Origin: Macrostomum lignano
Lineage: Eukaryota
Assembly: GCA_002269645.1 (NCBI GenBank)
Contig: NIVC01000006.1
Span: forward strand, 310,001 to 374,000
Reading direction: 5' to 3'
DNA length: 64,000 nt
Below are positions 59,690 to 64,000 of this stretch, in pieces (within the stretch, counting starts at the first letter, position 1; every line of letters starts with the position of its first letter). The notes under the pieces were generated by a model. It was not told where the DNA came from and searched no databases. It saw nothing but the letters and a program-made list of their open reading frames with translations. The position numbers were made by a program, and so were the translations under genes.

Positions 59690-62392
59690 TCCTCACCATC
59701 AAGCATCCTCAGCTATCACCATCAAGCATCCTCAGCTATCACCATCAAGCATCCTCAGCTATCACCATCAAGCATCCTCAGCTATCACCATCAAGCATCC
59801 TCAGCTATCACCATCAAGCATCCTCAGCTATCACCATCAAGCATCCTCAGCTATCACCATCAAGCATCCTCAGCTATCACCATCAAGCATCCTCAGCTAT
59901 CACCATCAAGCATCCTCAGCTATCACCATCAAGCATCCTCAGCTATCACCATCAAGCATCCTCAGCTATCACCATCAAGCATCCTCAGCTATCACCATCA
60001 AGCATCCTCAGCTATCACCATCAAGCATCCTCAGCTATCACCATCAAGCATCCTCAGCTATCACCATCAAGCATCCTCAGCTATCACCATCAAGCATCCT
60101 CAGCTATCACCATCAAGCATCCTCAGCTATCACCATCAAGCATCCTCAGCTATCACCATCAAGCATCCTCAGCTATCACCATCAAGCATCCTCAGCTATC
60201 ACCATCAAGCATCCTCAGCTATCACCATCAAGCATCCTCAGCTATCACCATCAAGCATCCTCAGCTATCACCATCAAGCATCCTCAGCTATCACCATCAA
60301 GCATCCTCAGCTATCACCATCAAGCATCCTCAGCTATCACCATCAAGCATCCTCAGCTATCACCATCAAGCATCCTCAGCTATCACCATCAAGCATCCTC
60401 AGCTATCACCATCAAGCATCCTCAGCTATCACCATCAAGCATCCTCAGCTATCACCATCAAGCATCCTCAGCTATCACCATCAAGCATCCTCAGCTATCA
60501 CCATCAAGCATCCTCAGCTATCACCATCAAGCATCCTCAGCTATCACCATCAAGCATCCTCAGCTATCACCATCAAGCATCCTCAGCTATCACCATCAAG
60601 CATCCTCAGCTATCACCATCAAGCATCCTCAGCTATCACCATCAAGCATCCTCAGCTATCACCATCAAGCATCCTCAGCTATCACCATCAAGCATCCTCA
60701 GCTATCACCATCAAGCATCCTCAGCTATCACCATCAAGCATCCTCAGCTATCACAAGCATCCTCTATCACTATCAAGCATCCTCAGCTATCACCATCAAG
60801 CATCCTCAGCTATCACCATCAAGCATCCTCAGCTATCACAAGCATCCTCTATCACTATCAAGCATCCTCAGCTATCACCATCAAGCATCCTCAGCTATCA
60901 CCATCAAGCATCCTCAGCTATCACAAGCATCCTCTATCACTATCAAGCATCCTCAGCTATCACCATCAAGCATCCTCAGCTATCACCATCAAGCATCCTC
61001 AGCTATCACAAGCATCCTCTATCACTATCAAGCATCCTCAGCTATCACCATCAAGCATCCTCAGCTATCACCATCAAGCATCCTCAGCTATCACAAGCAT
61101 CCTCTATCACTATCAAGCATCCTCAGCTATCACCATCAAGCATCCTCAGCTATCACCATCAAGCATCCTCAGCTATCACAAGCATCCTCTATCACTATCA
61201 AGCATCCTCAGCTATCACCATCAAGCATCCTCAGCTATCACCATCAAGCATCCTCAGCTATCACAAGCATCCTCTATCACTATCAAGCATTCACTGGCGC
61301 AACCTCTGGCGCCATCAAGCATCCTCAGCTATCACCATCAAGCATCCTCAGCTATCACCATCAAGCATCCTCAGCTATCACCATCAAGCATCCTCAGCTA
61401 TCACCATCAAGCATCCTCAGCTATCACAAGCATCCTCTATCACTATCAAGCATTCACTGGCGCAACCTCTGGCGCCATCAAGCATCCTCTGGCGCCATCA
61501 AGCATCCTGTGGTGCCATCAAGCATCCTCTAGCGCCATCAAGCATTCTCTATCACCATCAAGCGATCTCTGGCGCTATCAAGCATTCTCTATCACCATCA
61601 AGCGTTCCCTGGCGCCATCAAGCATCCTGTGGCGCCATCAAGCGTTCCCTGGTGCCATCAAGCATCCTGTGGCGCCATCAAGCATTCTCTATCACTATCA
61701 AGCGTTTTCTGGCCCATCAAGCATTCTCTATCACCATCAAGCGTTCCCTGGCGCCATCAAGCATTCTCTATCACCATCAAGCGTTCCCTGGCGCCTCAAG
61801 CATTCTCTATCACGATCAAGCGTTCCCTGGCGCCACCAAGCATTCTCTATCACCATCAAGCGTTCCCTGGCGCCATCAAGCATTCTCTATCACGATCAAG
61901 CGTTCCCTGGCGCCACCAAGCATTCTCTATCACCATCAAGCGTTCCCTGGCGCCTCAAGCATTCTCTATCACGATCAAGCGTTCCCTGGCGCCACCAAGC
62001 ATTCTCTATCACCATCAAGCGTTCCCTGGCGCCATCAAGCATTCTCTATCACGATCAAGCGTTCCCTGGCGCCACCAAGCATTCTCTATCACCATCAAGC
62101 GTTCCCTGGCGCCTCAAGCATTCTCTATCACGATCAAGCGTTCCCTGGCGCCACCAAGCATTCTCTATCACCATCAAGCGTTCCCTGGCGCCTCAAGCAT
62201 TCTCTATCACGATCAAGCGTTCCCTGGCGCCACCAAGCATTCTCTATCACCATCAAGCGTTCCCTGGCGCCATCAAGCATTCTCTATCACGATCAAGCGT
62301 TCCCTGGCGCCATCAAGCATCCTGTGGCACCATCAAGCATTCTCTATCACCATCAAGCGTTCTCTGGCCCATCAAGCATTCTCTATCACCAG
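59690..62392 (+). repeat. CATCAAGC-core minisatellite complex (23-bp monomer, then ~83-bp higher-order repeat, then 20/21-bp dimer)
   Basis: (CATCAAGCATCCTCAGCTATCAC)n to ~60750, higher-order blocks to ~61460, then CATCAAGCATTCTCTATCAC / CATCAAGCGTTCCCTGGCGC alternation. Confidence 0.96.
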
Positions 62393-63346
62393 GCAATGGC
62401 TGTACCTAAGAAGTGTCCCAAATAGGCCCCCTCGGGTAAGCGTGTGTATATGAGTGCGTGCCTGCGTCACGCGCTTGTACATGTACATTTAAATGTATGT
62501 GCCCAGGAGCCAGCGGAATTGCCTCAGCGCTGCATGGTTGCGGGATCGGTGCCAGGGCGCCCGCAGCCATCGCAGCACGATGTCGAGAGAAGACAAATGG
62601 AATCTCGTAATAAACATCGGGTATGCGCAGATGCATGCGTAAATGAATTTCTAGTCCAGAAGTCCTTGGTCTGCTAGTAAATCTAGGAAAGGGAAGGCAG
62701 GGGCCGCATTTTTAACAGACCAATGCAGTTAATTTTCTAAATGCGCATCTACGCCCGTGTGTATGATGGGTGCCAGCATATAACTTGCCTTGCGCGGCAT
62801 CAAGGGATTTAGGAAAGCCATATATAGTGTTCTAGCACAATAAATTGGTTGGAAATTAATTGGATATTGAATTAGATTAGGGGTTTAATCGGCGCCTCTT
62901 CGTAGCCACTTGCTCCCCCCCCCCTCCCAACCACGTCAGGAGTTTTATTGCAACCAGTCTCTTCTGTCAAAAGCACATTAATATGATTAAGCCAGCTTAA
63001 AGTGACAGAATCGGCAGGCTACTCACTGGAAAGACGGAGCTGGGCTACTGGGATGACAAGAGTGAGGCTATAGTCATGAGCCGGAGTGGGTCTTCTGCAA
63101 GAGGGTCAGTAATGACTTTTACCCCTCCCTCCGATGAGAACCAACGAGCCCATTGTTCTGAGCTGACCAGGCAACAGGGAATGCTACTGTACACTCTGCA
63201 GCACCTGTTAGGATGGAAATTTTTGCTGATCCTGTACCCGCGGTTCAACATCCCCAACCAAATTGGCATGGCAACATAAAATTGATAAAAACAGACGCCA
63301 AGGTAACAGAATAATCAACGACCAAAATTAAAAACCCGTTATACAA

Positions 63347-64000
63347 AAAGTCATAACTGAAGCTGACAATTTTCAAGCCCAGACATGCTTCCTGTCGAAC
63401 GCTTGCTGTTCGTCTTCTTGGCGAACATCCTGGTGGTAGTGACGCTGTTGTTCTACCAAGCCACCGCATCCAGCTCAGGCCAAAATGAACGCTACTACAC
63501 TCAGGTGGGCACCGCTGGCGGCAACAGTTTCCCCCCAGCATTCAAAGTGCTCGAAGGCAGCAGCATTCGTTGCTCGATCTGGTGCTGGCAGACGCCGAGA
63601 TGCCTCGGTTTCTACTGGACGGTGAGCTCGATGCTGTGCCAGCTGTTTAACGCTTCGGTCTACTACTGGAAACCGTCGTGGGGTGCCATTGCGGACCAGC
63701 AGAGCGAGTTCTACATGTACAACGCCAGTGAGTATTTCTTGTTCATAGATAGCGCGTGCGGATGTTCATAGATAGCGCGTGCGGACTAGCTGTACCTATG
63801 GGAGCTGAGAAATGAAGATGATTTCGCCTCCAGTTTAGGGAGTTCGGCCTTTGACTATTAACAAAATGACTTACAGAAGAAGTTCATTTTTAACAAGATA
63901 TTCTCTGTTTAAGGCTACAACTGTATAACAGAATCTTCCGCGGCATCAATTGAAGACTTGTGTCTGGTAATTAGAAGCCGTCTCCGGTTGAAACGCCTGC
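63347..64000 (+). other. Near-identical duplicate of 56850-57503 (offset 6497 bp)
   Basis: By eye the two blocks are colinear and identical except GCGAGC vs GCGAAC (S14N). The duplicate runs off the window end. Confidence 0.95.
63385..63727 (+). CDS. Second copy of the PAN + F-type lectin gene, exon 1
   Basis: Same ORF and donor as 56888-57230. Exon 2 would lie beyond the window. Confidence 0.8.

Noticed and set aside
61629-62453. ~250-aa ORFs in three frames
   Set aside because: Minisatellite translations.
62755-62785. ATGGGTGCCAGCAT match to the SINE core
   Set aside because: Only 14 nt match; the rest of the SINE is absent.

Overview
Eukaryotic (metazoan) genomic DNA. It has GC-rich, Ala/Gly/Pro-rich exons separated by introns and intergenic DNA packed with minisatellites, microsatellites and transposon debris. 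The overall style resembles the free-living flatworm Macrostomum; this is an inference from sequence style, not a database match. I reconstructed six spliced genes from splice signals and frame continuity: (1) a 4-exon, 632-aa type I membrane glycoprotein (+, 8582-11940); (2) a gamma-type syntrophin (-, 25210-19677); (3) a secreted fibrinogen-related (FReD) protein (-, 32139-30630); (4) a TOM1-family VHS-GAT adaptor with a GC-AG intron (+, 40529-43723); (5) a low-complexity orphan (-, 49650-48136); (6) a secreted PAN/apple + F-type lectin (+, 56888-58028), whose near-identical duplicate begins 6497 bp downstream and runs off the window end. Mobile DNA includes three RTE-like LINE pieces, two tRNA-derived SINEs, MULE and Merlin transposase relics, a Tc1/mariner deletion derivative with perfect 74-bp TIRs, and six MITEs with exact 8-9-bp TSDs. 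Most long ORFs in the supplied track are translations of tandem repeats. No rRNA, bona fide tRNA or CRISPR array is present. The most interesting signals are kilobase-scale CpG-free zones directly upstream of start codons, minisatellites apparently seeded from splice-junction or stop-codon sequences, and a minisatellite that is a 1.6-kb array beside one paralog but a single monomer beside the other.
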